Assembly (NCBI GenBank): GCA_964016885.1
Contig: OZ024747.1
Location: 57,288,001 to 57,352,000 of the forward strand
Length of the DNA: 64,000 nucleotides
DNA from: Eledone cirrhosa
Taxonomy: Eukaryota
Direction of reading: 5' to 3'
Shown piece after piece: positions 40,090 to 53,220 of this stretch; positions within the stretch are counted from its first letter, which is position 1, and each line of letters begins with the position of its first letter. Both the position numbers and the translations under genes were made by a program. The notes below the pieces were generated by a model. The model was given only the letters and a program-made list of their open reading frames with translations. It searched no databases and had not been told where the DNA came from.

Positions 40090-41480
40090 CTTGTTGTTAT
40101 TGTTGCTGGTGGTGTTGGGGGTGTTGTTGTTGTTGTTGTTGTTGGTGGTGGTGGTGCTGGTGGTGGTGGTTGTCGTGGTGATGGTGGTGGTGGTTGTCGT
40201 GGTGATGGTGGTGGTGTTGTTGTTGGTGGTGTTGGTGGTGGTGGTGATGGTGTTGGTGTTGGGGGCGTTGTTGGTGGTGGTGGTGATGGTGGTGGTTGTG
40301 GTGGTAGTGGTGGTGATGGTGGTGTTTGTGGTGGTGATGGTGGTGTTGTTGTTGTTGTTGTTGGTGGTGGTGGTGATGGTGATGGTGTTGGTGGTGTTGG
40401 TGCTGGTGGTGGTGATGGTGGTGGTGGTGTTGTTGTTGTTGGTGGTGGTGGTGATGGTGTTGGTGGTGGTGGTGGTGGTGATGGTGTTGGTGTTGGTATT
40501 GGTGGTGGTGATGGTGTTGGTGGTGTTGGTGGTGGTGGTGATGGTGGTGGTGTTGTTGTTGTTGGTGGTGTTGGTGGTGGTGATGGCGTTGGAGGTGGTG
40601 GTGGTGGTGATGGTGTTGGTGTTGCTGGTGGTGGTGGTGGTGGTTGTGGTGGTGATGGTGTTGTTGTTGTTGGTGATGGTGTTGGTGTTGGGGTGGTGTT
40701 GGTGTTGGTAGTGTTGGTGTTGGTGGCGGTGGTGTTGTTGTTGTTGGTGGTGTTGTTGTTGTTGGTGGTGTTGGTGGTGGTGATGGCGTTGGTGGTGGTG
40801 ATGGCGTTGGCGGTGATGGTGATGGTGTTGGTGTTAGTGGTGGTGATGGTAATGGTGTTGGTGGTGGTCGTGGTGGAGATGGTGGTGGTGTTGTTGTTGT
40901 TGGTGGTGTTGTTATCACTGTTGATGTCATTGTTGGTGGCAGTGCTGGTGGTAATGGTGGTTGTGGTTGTGGTGGTGGTGGTGGTATTGTTGGGGCACTT
41001 GTTTGTGATAGAGGTGGTGCTGTTGTTGTTGTTGGTGGTGGTGCTGGTTTTGGTGGTGGTGGTGGTGATGCATTTGTTTGTGATAGGGATGGTGCTGTTT
41101 TTGTTGGTGGTGGTGGTGCTGGTTTTGGTGGTGGTGGTGGTGGTGGTGGTGCATCTGTTTGTGATAGAGGTGGTGCTGTTGTTGTTGGTGGTGCATTTGT
41201 TTGTGATAGAGGTGGTGCTGTTGTTGTTGTTGTTGTTGGTGGTGGTGCATTTGTTTGTGATAGGGATGGGGCTGTTATTGTTGCTGGTGGTGGTGCTGCT
41301 TTTGGTGGTGGTGGTGGTGGTGGTGGTGGTGGTGGTGCATTTGTTTGTAATAGGGATGGTGCTGTTGTTATTGTTGGTGGTCGTTGTTGTAGTGGTAGTG
41401 GTGGTGATGGTTGTGGTGTATTTGTTTGTGGTAGTTGTGATACTGTTGTTGTTGGTGGTGGTGTTTTGTTTTTGGTGGTT
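40090..41480. repeat. Compound (GGT/GTT/GAT)n trinucleotide repeat
   Basis: Direct reading. The long poly-V, poly-T and poly-H ORFs are artefacts of this repeat. Confidence 0.9.
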
Positions 41481-42538
41481 TATATATATTACCAGCTGGC
41501 CCCATGCCATCAAAAATGATAGCTAATTGTAGTATTTTATATATAAAAAAGGGTACAAAACCAAGTTTTTAGTTTAATAATTCTTTTATTACAATTTTGT
41601 GAATAAACTATCCACAACTAACATAGATAACCAAGATAATATCTTGTTGTGCATATGTGTATATGTATGAGTATATAAATATAAACACAGAAACACACAT
41701 TCGCACAAGTATAAATATATTCACACATCACACATACACTCACACAATAATTGTTTCTACTTTTTGGCACTAGGCCAGCAATTATCCCAGTGTATTACTG
41801 GTACTTTATTTTATCAACCCCGTAAGGATGAAAGGCAAAGTTAACTCAGCGGGATTTGGACTCAGTCCGTAAAGGGACGTAACTGTGCTGCAAAGCATGG
41901 CATCCGACCCTCTACCGACACCGCCAATCCACCGCCCTCAATGCAATAATAATAGCCAGTGTGTTTAACCAATTCACTACACATATAATCACACAAGTGT
42001 TGTGAATCTTAGAATGCTGGTCACTATTTTCTATAGTTTGTCACCACCCTTCCTTCCTCAGCCATCTCCCTTTCAGTGAATGACAGACAAACATATATAA
42101 ATATACACACATTCGCTATTATTATAGTTGATAGGGGGATATTTTGCTTTTATCCTCATCGTCATAATCACCATTTAATGTCCATTTTCTACGATTGCAT
42201 GTGTTAGATGGGTCACCCACCTCATAAGACAAGTCTGGCTAATTGACCAGACTGTATCTTGCTCAGATGCAACTGTAAATTTGGCTGGGATTTTTACAGC
42301 TGGATGCCTTTCCAAACATCAACCACATTTACTGTGTGGGACAGGATGGCACCGTTATGAGGAGGGACAGGCCAGTTGACCATGCTGTACCCTGCTCCCA
42401 GTGGAACCATAGTTTAGGAGCCAAGTGGGCCCACTATGTGGGAGATCTGGCAAGTTGGCCGCACCAAGCTTTACATAGAGTGGAGCTGTGTTGCTAATAC
42501 AGACAAAAACTGGAAATGTTTAGAGCATTACCTGCAAA

Positions 42539-43281
42539 CTTATAAAGGATACAGTGTGGTTGCATATTCTTTTAGCTGTGTTTCTTCACTGCAGACTTAA
42601 TATCTAACAACACACCAGAGAAATTCCACTAAACTGGATCAACCAACTTCCATAGGTGGTGTTGGGAATTTACACTGCCCCAAAGGAAGATGACAGAAAT
42701 GGTGTACAGCACTCCTCTTACTGTGTCTGGTGAATTCATTCCAAACATGAAATTAAACCCGAATGCTAAAAGGTATCGTGAACAGCTGAGAAACAATGTA
42801 GGCCAGTTATGCCATAACACTATATCAACGCAAGGTACACCAAATTTCTCTATTCCGAATGATCTTCAAAAAGTAAAGTTTGTGTGCATTTGTCATAATG
42901 CATGGTGAAAACCTCTTCAGTCATATATGATGGACCATATGAAGTGATTCATCCAGAGTCAAGACATTTCGACTCCTGATTGGAGGACAACAGGACATAG
43001 TTTTCTATCAGTAGATTGAAGTCAGCCAATCTCAACATTGACAAACCTGTTTAATAAGCCATCCTAGGCAAGTTACACCACCCACTGATGATAAACAATC
43101 ACCAAAGAATTAATTAACTACACACACAGGACAAGTTGTGAAAACACCTTATCAGTTCCAATAACAATCAAGAGTTCTTGGGTGAGGAGAGCTTATAAAG
43201 GATGAACTGTGATAGCATATTCTCTTAACAGAGTTCATTCACTGTGGACTTAATATTTAACTGTGCAGCAGAGAAATTCCA
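42539..43281 (+). mobile_element. Internally deleted Gypsy-type LTR retrotransposon relic with ~90-bp LTR-like repeats
   Basis: Diverged direct repeats 42539-42628 and 43192-43281, and a purine tract GGGTGAGGAGAG before the second. Internal integrase C-terminal remnants read (QLP.V.LGI.TAPKED..EMVYSTPLTVSGEF...PLQSYDGPYEVIH..IGGQQDIV..RLKSA). Confidence 0.75.
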
Positions 43282-45429
43282 ATAATGCATTGTAATATAA
43301 TCTTAGAGATAGTTTTTCTTATGCCTGAGAATGTTTATTTTATTGTTTATGAAATAATAATCTAACAAATCATGGTGTGTTATCAACTTTATTGTTTATA
43401 AAGCTTAACTAAAACTATAAGTGAAATAAACTAGAAAGAAATATACAGAAAATTAATGTGCTTTTCTGTTGTGAATTTTCACCTTTTGAATTATATTTAA
43501 TTGATAAGCTGAAAATTTATTCCTGAAAATTTTTTTTTCTGAATGATTTATTTTTGAATTGTCTTTGATACTTCTCTGCTCCCTCACAACAAACTTTTTG
43601 CTGGCAATTGTTGCCTACCAATAAATTAGCCCAACAAGACGAATCTGTTGGATGGAAGTTTCATAGGAAAAAGAATCTTGCTCAAGGCTGCAATGAAACT
43701 CATTTTATAGCTTACCACTTTATATATCTAAAGCCCTTTTTATGTTCCTTATTTAGCAGTAGATTGGCAATATCAGTGGACCATCAGCCATCCTGCTTCA
43801 TGGCATGGAGTCTCAGAATTTTACATTCTGAGTTCAAATCTGGCTTATGTTAGCTTTGCCTTTCATCTTTACAGGGGTCGATAAAATAATGTACCAGTCA
43901 TGCACTGGGGCGTTTTAATCGACTTTTCTCTTCCCCTAAATCAGAAGCCACTATTAATTTTTATTTGTTTGCTGTTTGTAATTTTGTTATGCATTATTTT
44001 TTAAAGTCCTACACTCCTAAGACTTTTGTAGTGTTGATTTTAACCCTTTAGCATTTAAACCGGCATATCCGGCCAGAATTCTCTCACCTTTTTCTGTTCA
44101 AACTAGCCATAACTGGCCACTCATACTGACTTTAAGGTATTGTTCTCAAAATAAATAATATCAAAATTTCATAAATTCGATATTATGTGAGATAATTATG
44201 TGAAAATACAACAGTATATATACTATTTTCTGTGAAAATACAATAGTATATTTAGAGTAATGTAAATGCTAAAGGGTTAAAGATGCATCTCAAATATGTT
44301 TTGATCCTAAGTTACTTCTCGATCAAAGTTATTTTCTATCTAGATAGTATACGTGTAAGTTATGGTAATTACCGCATCTTGTATAGAAAAGCATTCATCT
44401 TTAGATAATTTATGCATTTTCTTTGTTTTACTTGCTGGGTTTCTCAATGGTGGAGTCCAGCCATTTATTAAGATTGTCATCAATTTTATTTGGCCCCAGT
44501 TTATTCATTACTGACAACACAACATTATTCACACTTCATTTTCTGTAATATTTATGTATAAATTTCAACATACACATTTCTCTTTTAACCATGGGTCAAA
44601 TTATGCATATTGTGTTTGTGTTTAGTTACGGGCTGAATTAGTTTAGTGTTGATCTCTGCTTTGTTTTCTTCATATGTTTACACTTGATGATTAGCACAAA
44701 CGCTGGAAACACATAACTCATGTAAAGAGCAACAACATTTACATAAGTAAATACATTTGTTACAGGAAGATTTGTCAATGTTTTCTTCAGTGTTGTCTGA
44801 TTTTCTTTTTGATTATTACACCAATAAAAGGTGGTGGATTGGCAGAATTGGTAGAGCGTCGGACATCCGGCTTCACGGCATAGAATTACGTCCCTTTACA
44901 TTCTGATTTCAAATCCCACTGAGGTTAGATTTGCCTTTCATCCTTACAGATTGATAAAATAAAGTACCAGTCATGCGTTGGTGTCAATTTAATCAACTTT
45001 CCTCTCCCCCATTATTACACCGATATTTTTTATGAGTTAAAATATGTACAAGTAATGCACTGAAAGAGTGGAGCTGAGTAAAGGAAGTTGTCATGAGTTG
45101 AATGTGTGAATGGTCGCATAATTTCTTCTGGAATATCATGTCTGTTAATAAAGGTAGGGTGCAAACCTGTCTTTTTACTCGGGTGCTGAGAATCCATTCT
45201 TTGCCACTGCAGTAGAGTCTTACACATAATATTGACAGTGGTATAAGTAAATAACAGAAAAAAAAAAGTACCACCACCACCACCAACAAATATTATTGTG
45301 TACAGTGCTCAGGTGCACTAAATTCATCAAAGGTGCATGTTTAGTTCATAGACTAATGTACAAATGTCAGGAAAGTAAACAGTGTATGAGTTATGATATA
45401 CACCCACACCCGCATGCATGTATGTGTAT

Positions 45430-46312
45430 GAAGGGGGCGAATATCAGGTATAGTGTTGTCAAATTTCAGAAAGCATGGAAGTTTTGAAGGATGCAGTGTC
45501 TCTGATGCAGGTAGTATGTTCCATACTTCAGTAATTCTGAGCATGGAAAAATGTTTCTGAAAGTTATGGGAGCTATGCTCTTTTCTGATTTTGTAAGCAT
45601 GTTCATGGCTGTTAGACAGATGGAATTCAAAAAGGTGTTCAGATGGTTAATTTTGTGGGTGTCTACCAAGTCAGTTGCCAGACGTTGGAGTTTTAATGTA
45701 TTCATGCCCAGGAAAGCAAGGTGTTCTTTCAGAGAATGGTAGAAGCCTGATAGAGGATATTCATTTGGTTGCATATCTCTGAACAGTTTCTAGGAGATCA
45801 ATATTCTGAACAAGATAGGGGTTCCAGACAAAGCTATACACAGCTTTAAATAGCTGGAGAGTGACTGACAAAGGTCTCACTCAGTGATGCTAAGACACAC
45901 TCAGCCTTCTTGACAATTTTAGAGATGTGCTTTATCCAACGTAAATCGGCTGTTGACAATAATGCCCAGAATACTTCTTAGTGTTGTGGAGGGAGTATGT
46001 GGATACTGGGTTTTTCCTCCAAAATGCATGGTGGTACACTTGTCCACAGCTAGCTTGAGTTGTCAGTCCATGATCCATTGCTTACATTGTCCAGGTCTGA
46101 TTGCAGGAAAGATCTATAGTGTACAGGATCTGTCCTTTTATCTCAAGGTACAGCTTAATGTCATCTGCATATTTCAGCACTGTGGCATTCTTGAAGTTGG
46201 CATCTATATGATTAATATATGCAACAAACAAAAGGGGACCAAGAACAGATCCCTGTGGGATACCAGATGTCATCTCATAAGGTGAAGAATGCTGTGCTAT
46301 AACTGTGACCAC
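45430..46312 (-). mobile_element. CR1/L2-type LINE 3' fragment (RT domain, decayed)
   Basis: SGIPQGSVLGPLLFVAYINHID...LKYADDIKLY, with downstream LKLQRLATDLVDTHKI. Confidence 0.88.
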
Positions 46313-47263
46313 CTATTTTCGATATGTATGAGTGTGTAGGCATATTCTATAGTTAGAAATTTACATTACTAGTGTGTTATTGTGAACTCTAGACTACAGC
46401 TGCATCTGTTCTGTGGTGAGAGTAGATGGCCACAATAAATAACTGTTAGGTACCATCTGCTTGGTCTGTCGTGGTTATCACTTCTCATCCTCATCATACA
46501 TTTTGGCTTTCAAGCCTCACTGAAGCTTTGGAAGGTGGAAAAGATAACAATTATCCTACTCAAGCAAGGAAATAGGGGAACCATATAATTATATTCTGAT
46601 AAAACAGGAAATGAATTGGTAGTGTTGTTAGAACGTCCAATAGAATACTTTGTAGTATTCATTTCGACTCTCTGCACTCTGTGCTCAAATCCCTCCAAGG
46701 TCAACTTTGCCTTTCATCCATTCAAGATAGATAAAAAAAGTACCAGTCTAGTACTGGGGCCAATTATTTCTCTATATATCATTCTCACTCCCATTCTGTC
46801 ACTCTCTATCCTTCTCTGGAAGAAATCTGTTATATTCGACCTAGAGAGGATTAGGTTCCGCCAGGTTTAAAAAGTGCCCTAGAAATGCTGAATGTTAATA
46901 CAGCACCCCTATGACTTCCTTAGGAGTTACAGGACCATGCATGCAATATCAAATACATCGTGAATGGAGGTAGTGTATACTATATTGAGAAAATATAACA
47001 GGTGGCAACAGGAGCTTGTATTAATCATAACAAGGCAGGACATTTGTAACTAAGCTTATGGAAAGGGTTCAAACATACCACCAGGAGTGGTATTTATTGC
47101 TAGACTGACGATCTGTTTAAGATACTAGGGGTCTGGTTCCTTCCAGATATCCTGGTGGATAACATCTGGGAAAGATAAGCTTATAAGCCAGAGTTGGTGC
47201 AATCTCAACCAGAAATGGACTGAGAAGAAGTTAGTTACTTCTCAAGGACCAGGAAGTGATGGA

Positions 47264-48308
47264 GAACATTTACATTACCTCTATAATATATTATCTCAAT
47301 ATCTACATTACCTCTATAATATATTATCTCAATATCTACATTACCTCTATAATATATTATCTCAACATCTACATTACCTCTATAATGTATTATCTCAACA
47401 TCTACATTACCTCTATAATATATTATCTCAACATCTACATTACCTCTATAATATATTATCTCAACATCTACATTACCTCTATAATATATTATCTCACAAA
47501 CATCTACATTACCTCTATAATATATTATCTCACAAACATCTACATTACCTCTATAATATATTATCTCAACATCTACATTACCTCTATAATGTATTATCTC
47601 AACATCTACATTACCTCTATAATATATTATCTCAACATCTACATTACCTCTATAATATATTATCTCAACATCTACATTACCTCTATAATGTATTATCTCA
47701 ACATCTACATTACCTCTATAATATATTATCTCAACATCTACATTACCTCTATAATATATTATCTCAACATCTACATTACCTCTATAATATATTATCTCAC
47801 AAACATCTACATTGCCTCTATAATATATTATCTCAACATCTACATTACCTCTATAATATATTATCTCAACATCTACATTACCTCTATAATATATTATCTC
47901 AACATCTACATTACCTATATAATATATTATCTCAACATCTACATTACCTCTATAATATATTATCTCACAAACATCTACATTGCCTCTATAATATATTATC
48001 TCACAAACATCTACATTGCCTCTATAATATATTATCTCACAAACATTTACATTGCCTCTAATATATTATCTCACAAACATTTACATTGCCTCTAATATAT
48101 TATCTCACAAACATTTACATTGCCTCTAATATATTATCTCACAAACATTTACATTGCCTCTAATATATTATCTCACAAACATTTACATTGCCTCTAATAT
48201 ATTATCTCACAAACATTTACATTGCCTCTAATATATTATCTCACAAACATTTACATTGCCTCTAATATATTATCTCACAAACATTTACATTGCCTCTAAT
48301 ATATTATC
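47264..48308. repeat. AT-rich minisatellite, 33-bp unit AACATCTACATTACCTCTATAATATATTATCTC grading into 36- and 34-bp variants
   Basis: Direct reading. ORF 47256-48095 is an artefact of the array. Confidence 0.95.
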
Positions 48309-49289
48309 GCCTGAACGTCAGGCCTAGCTCCAGTTTTCATGTGCACCGTCTGAAATATCAGTTGTGAATTGTGTCTGAAGAATTTCCAAGATGGTGAGCT
48401 GGTGTGATATATGATAACGATTTTTGTAAGAGACCCCCATAAGGTTTGTCTCATTAGCGGGGCTACAGTCCTGCTTCCAAGGCCAGAACAAGCAAGTCCT
48501 TTTGAGGCCCTAAGCACTTGTAAGATTATGGTGCCCTCCATATATAAAACTATCAAAAGACTTAGGATCACAATTCCCCCTTCTTCTTCTTCTTCTTCTT
48601 CTTCTTCTTCAATACATTTAATTTAAAGAAAATGGTGCACAAACCATGTGCTTATTTTGCTTTATGTTAAATCCAGTCCTGATTAAGTCAGATGAAAACC
48701 AAGACTGGATAATGTTGTCAGCGGCGTATCTACATTAGCAGTCTATAGAGAGTCAACAAGTTTCTACAATTAATACAACACAGAAAAGAAGCACAAAAAA
48801 GAAAAAAAAACGAATTGAGAGAAAGGAAGAAAAAGATAGACAGGAAAATCAGAGAAAAAATAAAGAGAGAGATGAAATAAAAGTGAAAGAGAGAGAGAGA
48901 GAGAGAGAGAGAAAGTCAGAAAGAAAAAGAAAGCTAAAACGATATAAATTGGTGCAAGGGAGATCACTCTGGTCGACTCATTTATCTAAAGTTAGTAACT
49001 CTTCAGTGTTTTTCTTGTCCTGTTCATCGCCGAGAAAAGAGATGTTGATGTTGTTACCAAGGAAATACATCTTTATACCCGTTATTATGTAATTATTAGC
49101 TTTATTTCAGAAAAACCTATATATATATATTATATACGAGGCTATATACACATTCTCTATATACATCTTGTATACATCAAATTAATATCTATTACTTCCT
49201 CTTTTTCTCTTCTTAATATAATTATATAATTTCAATTAATTATATGCGCGTGTACATACACACACACGCGTACGTAAGTACACGCACAC

Positions 49290-49335
<46 letters not shown>

Positions 49336-49686
49336 TCACCAAATCTAACTTTACTATCGAAACAGTATCTGCTCCACCGTAGGGTTTACATGACATAGAA
49401 TAATGTCTACTCTCTACTCTCTTTAAAGTATAGAGTTCTAAGTTGAATAATGGTTTTACTAGTCTTAATAACATCATTATATATATATAAATATATATAT
49501 GTATATGTATGTATATATATATATATATATAGATATGTATATATACACACATATATATGTATATATACACACATGTATATATACACGCACATGATGTCGG
49601 TATACATATTTATAACCACGTTGCTTTGGAGGTAAATTTATTCATATGTACACATACATAGATACATAGACTCATGTATTGATATG

Positions 49687-49738
<52 letters not shown>

Positions 49739-49944
49739 ATGAAGTGTTAAATCATATTTTAGGTTATCAATAAAGTGACAGTAATGTTTATACATATATA
49801 TATAACAGCGGAGTATTTTGAAAACTATGCAAGGACATTTCTTATTATTTAGTTTCAAATATAAACATTTCAGTATCATTTTTTAAGTTTGTTTTGTTTC
49901 GTTACTGTCCGAAGCATGATTATAATCCGTCATTTCTTTCTCCC

Positions 49945-50552
49945 TTTTAAAGGACGAAATAATAGAAACGTTTCTTGTGTACCTTTAAAGGACGAAATAA
50001 TAGAAACGTTTCTTGTGTACCTTTAAAGGACGAAATAATAGAAACGTTTCTTGTGTACCTTTAAAGGACGAAATAATAGAAACGTTTCTTGTGTACCTTT
50101 AAAGGACGAAATAATAGAAACGTTTCTTGTGTACCTTTAAAGGACGAAATAATAGAAACGTTTCTTGTGTACCTTTAAAGGACGAAATAATAGAAACGTT
50201 TCTTGTGTACCTTTAAAGGACGAAATAATAGAAACGTTTCTTGTGTACCTTTAAAGGACGAAATAATAGAAACGTTTCTTGTGTACCTTTAAAGGACGAA
50301 ATAATAGAAACGTTTCTTGTGTACCTTTAAAGGACGAAATAATAGAAACGTTTCTTGTGTACCTTTAAAGGACGAAATAATAGAAACGTTTCTTGTGTAC
50401 CTTTAAAGGACGAAATAATAGAAACGTTTCTTGTGTACCTTTAAAGGACGAAATAATAGAAACGTTTCTTGTGTACCTTTAAAGGACGAAATAATAGAAA
50501 CGTTTCTTGTGTACCTTTAAAGGACGAAATAATAGAAACGTTTCTTGTGTAC
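49945..50552. repeat. 16 x 38-bp perfect tandem array (CTTTAAAGGACGAAATAATAGAAACGTTTCTTGTGTAC)
   Basis: Units start every 38 nt from 49945 to 50515, with no spacers. Confidence 0.97.
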
Positions 50553-52837
50553 CTTTTCAAATACTCCGTTGTTAAAAATGAACATTGCTTTTACGTTTTT
50601 TGCCATCCTGACATACAGGGTTGGAGTTAGATCTTGTAAGGCGACCTGATGCACTTAAGGTTTGGAAGGCCCTCATACACAAAAAATATTATAATTATAG
50701 AATTATAATGATATTAGAATATATAGCCCCCCCCCTCCCTTCATTTTACATATCAAAGTTAGCTTGGCGCAAGTAATTAGAATTGAAAAGTTATACATAC
50801 AGGTATTAAATAAAAAGAATTCTAACCATCCTAAAACTAAAAAGCCCAGCCGAGGGCATAAATAAATTGCTACGGCCGTCACTGGTGGAGCCACTCACTG
50901 CAGATGCCCTGGGACAATCGCCGTCTTTGACCCCCCCCCCCCCCCATTAAATCCGGCCCTACTAACATAGGATTTAATCCATACACTCGTTATTGTTTTG
51001 GATATTTGTCAAGAGAAAGTGTAAGGTTGTTAATTATTTTATTATTTAAAGTCCCCTTGATTGTAAAAGAGGTATGTTTGACTGGCTGATAGCATGTATA
51101 AACAGTGCTGGTAACTGCTCTCAGCCAGGATAACAAAAGGACCAAATTGGGTAAAATCCATAATTTTAACATTATGGGGGAAACTTCCGTTAATTTCCAT
51201 TAGTGAAAAATGACCTCCTCCTACTCCTTATTCTTCTTGGGATGTCGTTGAAGAGAGAGTCCTCAAACACACTTTCCAGTGGGTCCTGTCAGAAGAAATC
51301 ATCCCCAATTTATCTGGCTAGATCCCCAAGCAAAACCTGCCAAGCTCATGGATATTATCCAACCATCTTGATTGGGGTCTACCCCTGGGTCTCCTGTGAC
51401 CCGGTTTTGCCAGTAAAACCTGTCCAGCGATTCTTTCCTGAGACAATCTAAACGCATGCCCATAGTATTTGAGCTGTGTTCTCTCAATTCGGAGAAATAA
51501 TGGCTCTACTTGGAGTGACTCTTTGATCTCTGAGCTACACACTCTATCATGTAACGTTACTGCAAAGACTCTTCGGAGGAGCGCCATTTCAGCAGCTTGC
51601 ATTCTCGATCATATTCTTTCGTATTTTTGTTATTGGAAAGACTGTCATCCAGTTTAACTTTCTGCTTTGGACAAGTTTCTGGTCTGAAGGTATCTTCTTT
51701 CTAACAATCTTGAAGATTATGATAGGGTCATGAGCATCAGTTGTACCCCAGCCTGATACAAACTCAAATTGTGCCACATCTAAGTTTCCAACACGTCTCC
51801 CTCACCATCCTACAGGTAAACGCCTTCTCTATTCTGTCTGCCAGAGATGTGAGACGGCCAGCACATGGGTTCCCGTTTACTTATAATAGTGAGAGATGGG
51901 GAGGAATGGAGGTAGCTGATTTAACCCTTTAGCATTTACATTACTCTATATATACTAATGTATTTTTGCGGTAAAGACTTTATCTCACATAATATCGAAT
52001 CTATGAGATTTTGATTTTATTTATTTTGAGAACAATACCATAACGTTGGTATGAGTGGCCAGTTACGACCAGTTTGAACAGAAAGAGGTGAGAGAATTCT
52101 GGCTGAATACAGCTGGTTTAAATGCTAAAGTGTTAATCAGTTCATTTCCTATTACTATACACACACATGGAAAATGAGAGAAGTTAATTAATGGTGCTCT
52201 CACTTTTTCTGTTACTTGTAATCTAGTTCATTAACTTGATGTCTTCTGTAATTGCTTCTTTCTGTTATACCTCCTTCACGTTTGTAGCAGTTGATGATGA
52301 AGGAGCTAAGCTATATCAGTTATTGGGAATTACATCTTTTTACTCTATGGTTGTATTTGTAGCTGTGACTATCATACCCTACATAGTCAGATATTTTCAG
52401 CATCTCAGTGACTATCCCTGATAATCCAACTGATGTCTTTGCCTTCATATCCTTAACCCTTTAGCATTTACATTACTCTATATATACTATTATATTTTCA
52501 TGGTAAAGTCTTTATCTCACATAATATCGAAACTATGAGATCTTGATATTATTTATTTTATTTAACATAAGTGTTAGTGGACAATTACAGCCAGTTTGAT
52601 CAGAAAGAAGTGAGAGAATTCTGGCTGGATATGGCTGGTTTAAATGCAAAAGGTTTTAATGGCTATTGTGACCATATTGCTGACAATTTCAATAGCTGAT
52701 CGAACTGTTAAATCTCTATGCAATAGTCCTCTATTTCATGCATTCTGCTTATTTAGCAATCTCTCTTTGTAGCATTGTTATGCTTCTTTCTTTTTGGTGT
52801 AGGTGTGAACAAATGTGCTACTATCATTACATATACA

Positions 52838-53220
52838 CATCATCATCATTTTTATGCCTGCTTTTCCATGCTTGCATGGGTTGGACAGGTCCTTTTTAGC
52901 CCAGCATCTCTCCACAAGTCGCAATCCTTTGTCATTGCCTCTGTGAGTCTCAGCAATTTGAAGTCAGCTCTCACAACCTCTGCCCAAGTCTTTCTTGGTC
53001 TACATCTACTGCGACTTTCTTCCACTGGCATTTCCTGGTACTTCTTCACCCAATGATCATTGTCCGCGCGCATCATATGTCCAAACCAATGCAGTCTTCT
53101 CTCCTGCACACCATCTCAGATTCCTCTTAAACCCAGATTCTCCTTCAAATCATTCAAGCTCTGCCTTTCTCTCACACTTACATTTCACATCCAACAGAGC
53201 ATGGTTGCTTCATTTTCTAG
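52838..53220 (-). mobile_element. RTE LINE 3' fragment (others: 33020-33310 -, 34490-34665 +, 53400-53550 -, 54030-54230 -, 55690-55815 -, 58310-58620 +)
   Basis: QERRLHWFGHMMR...RPRKTWAEVVRAD...RTCPTHASMEK followed by a (GAT)n tail. Confidence 0.85.

Noticed and set aside
40044-41526. 489-aa Thr/Pro-rich mucin- or extensin-like ORF and overlapping poly-Val/His ORFs
   Set aside because: Open in several frames on both strands because of a stop-free trinucleotide repeat; no splice or domain evidence.
49945-50552. CRISPR-like array (38-bp partly palindromic repeats)
   Set aside because: Repeats are directly adjacent with no spacers, there are no cas genes, and the context is eukaryotic.
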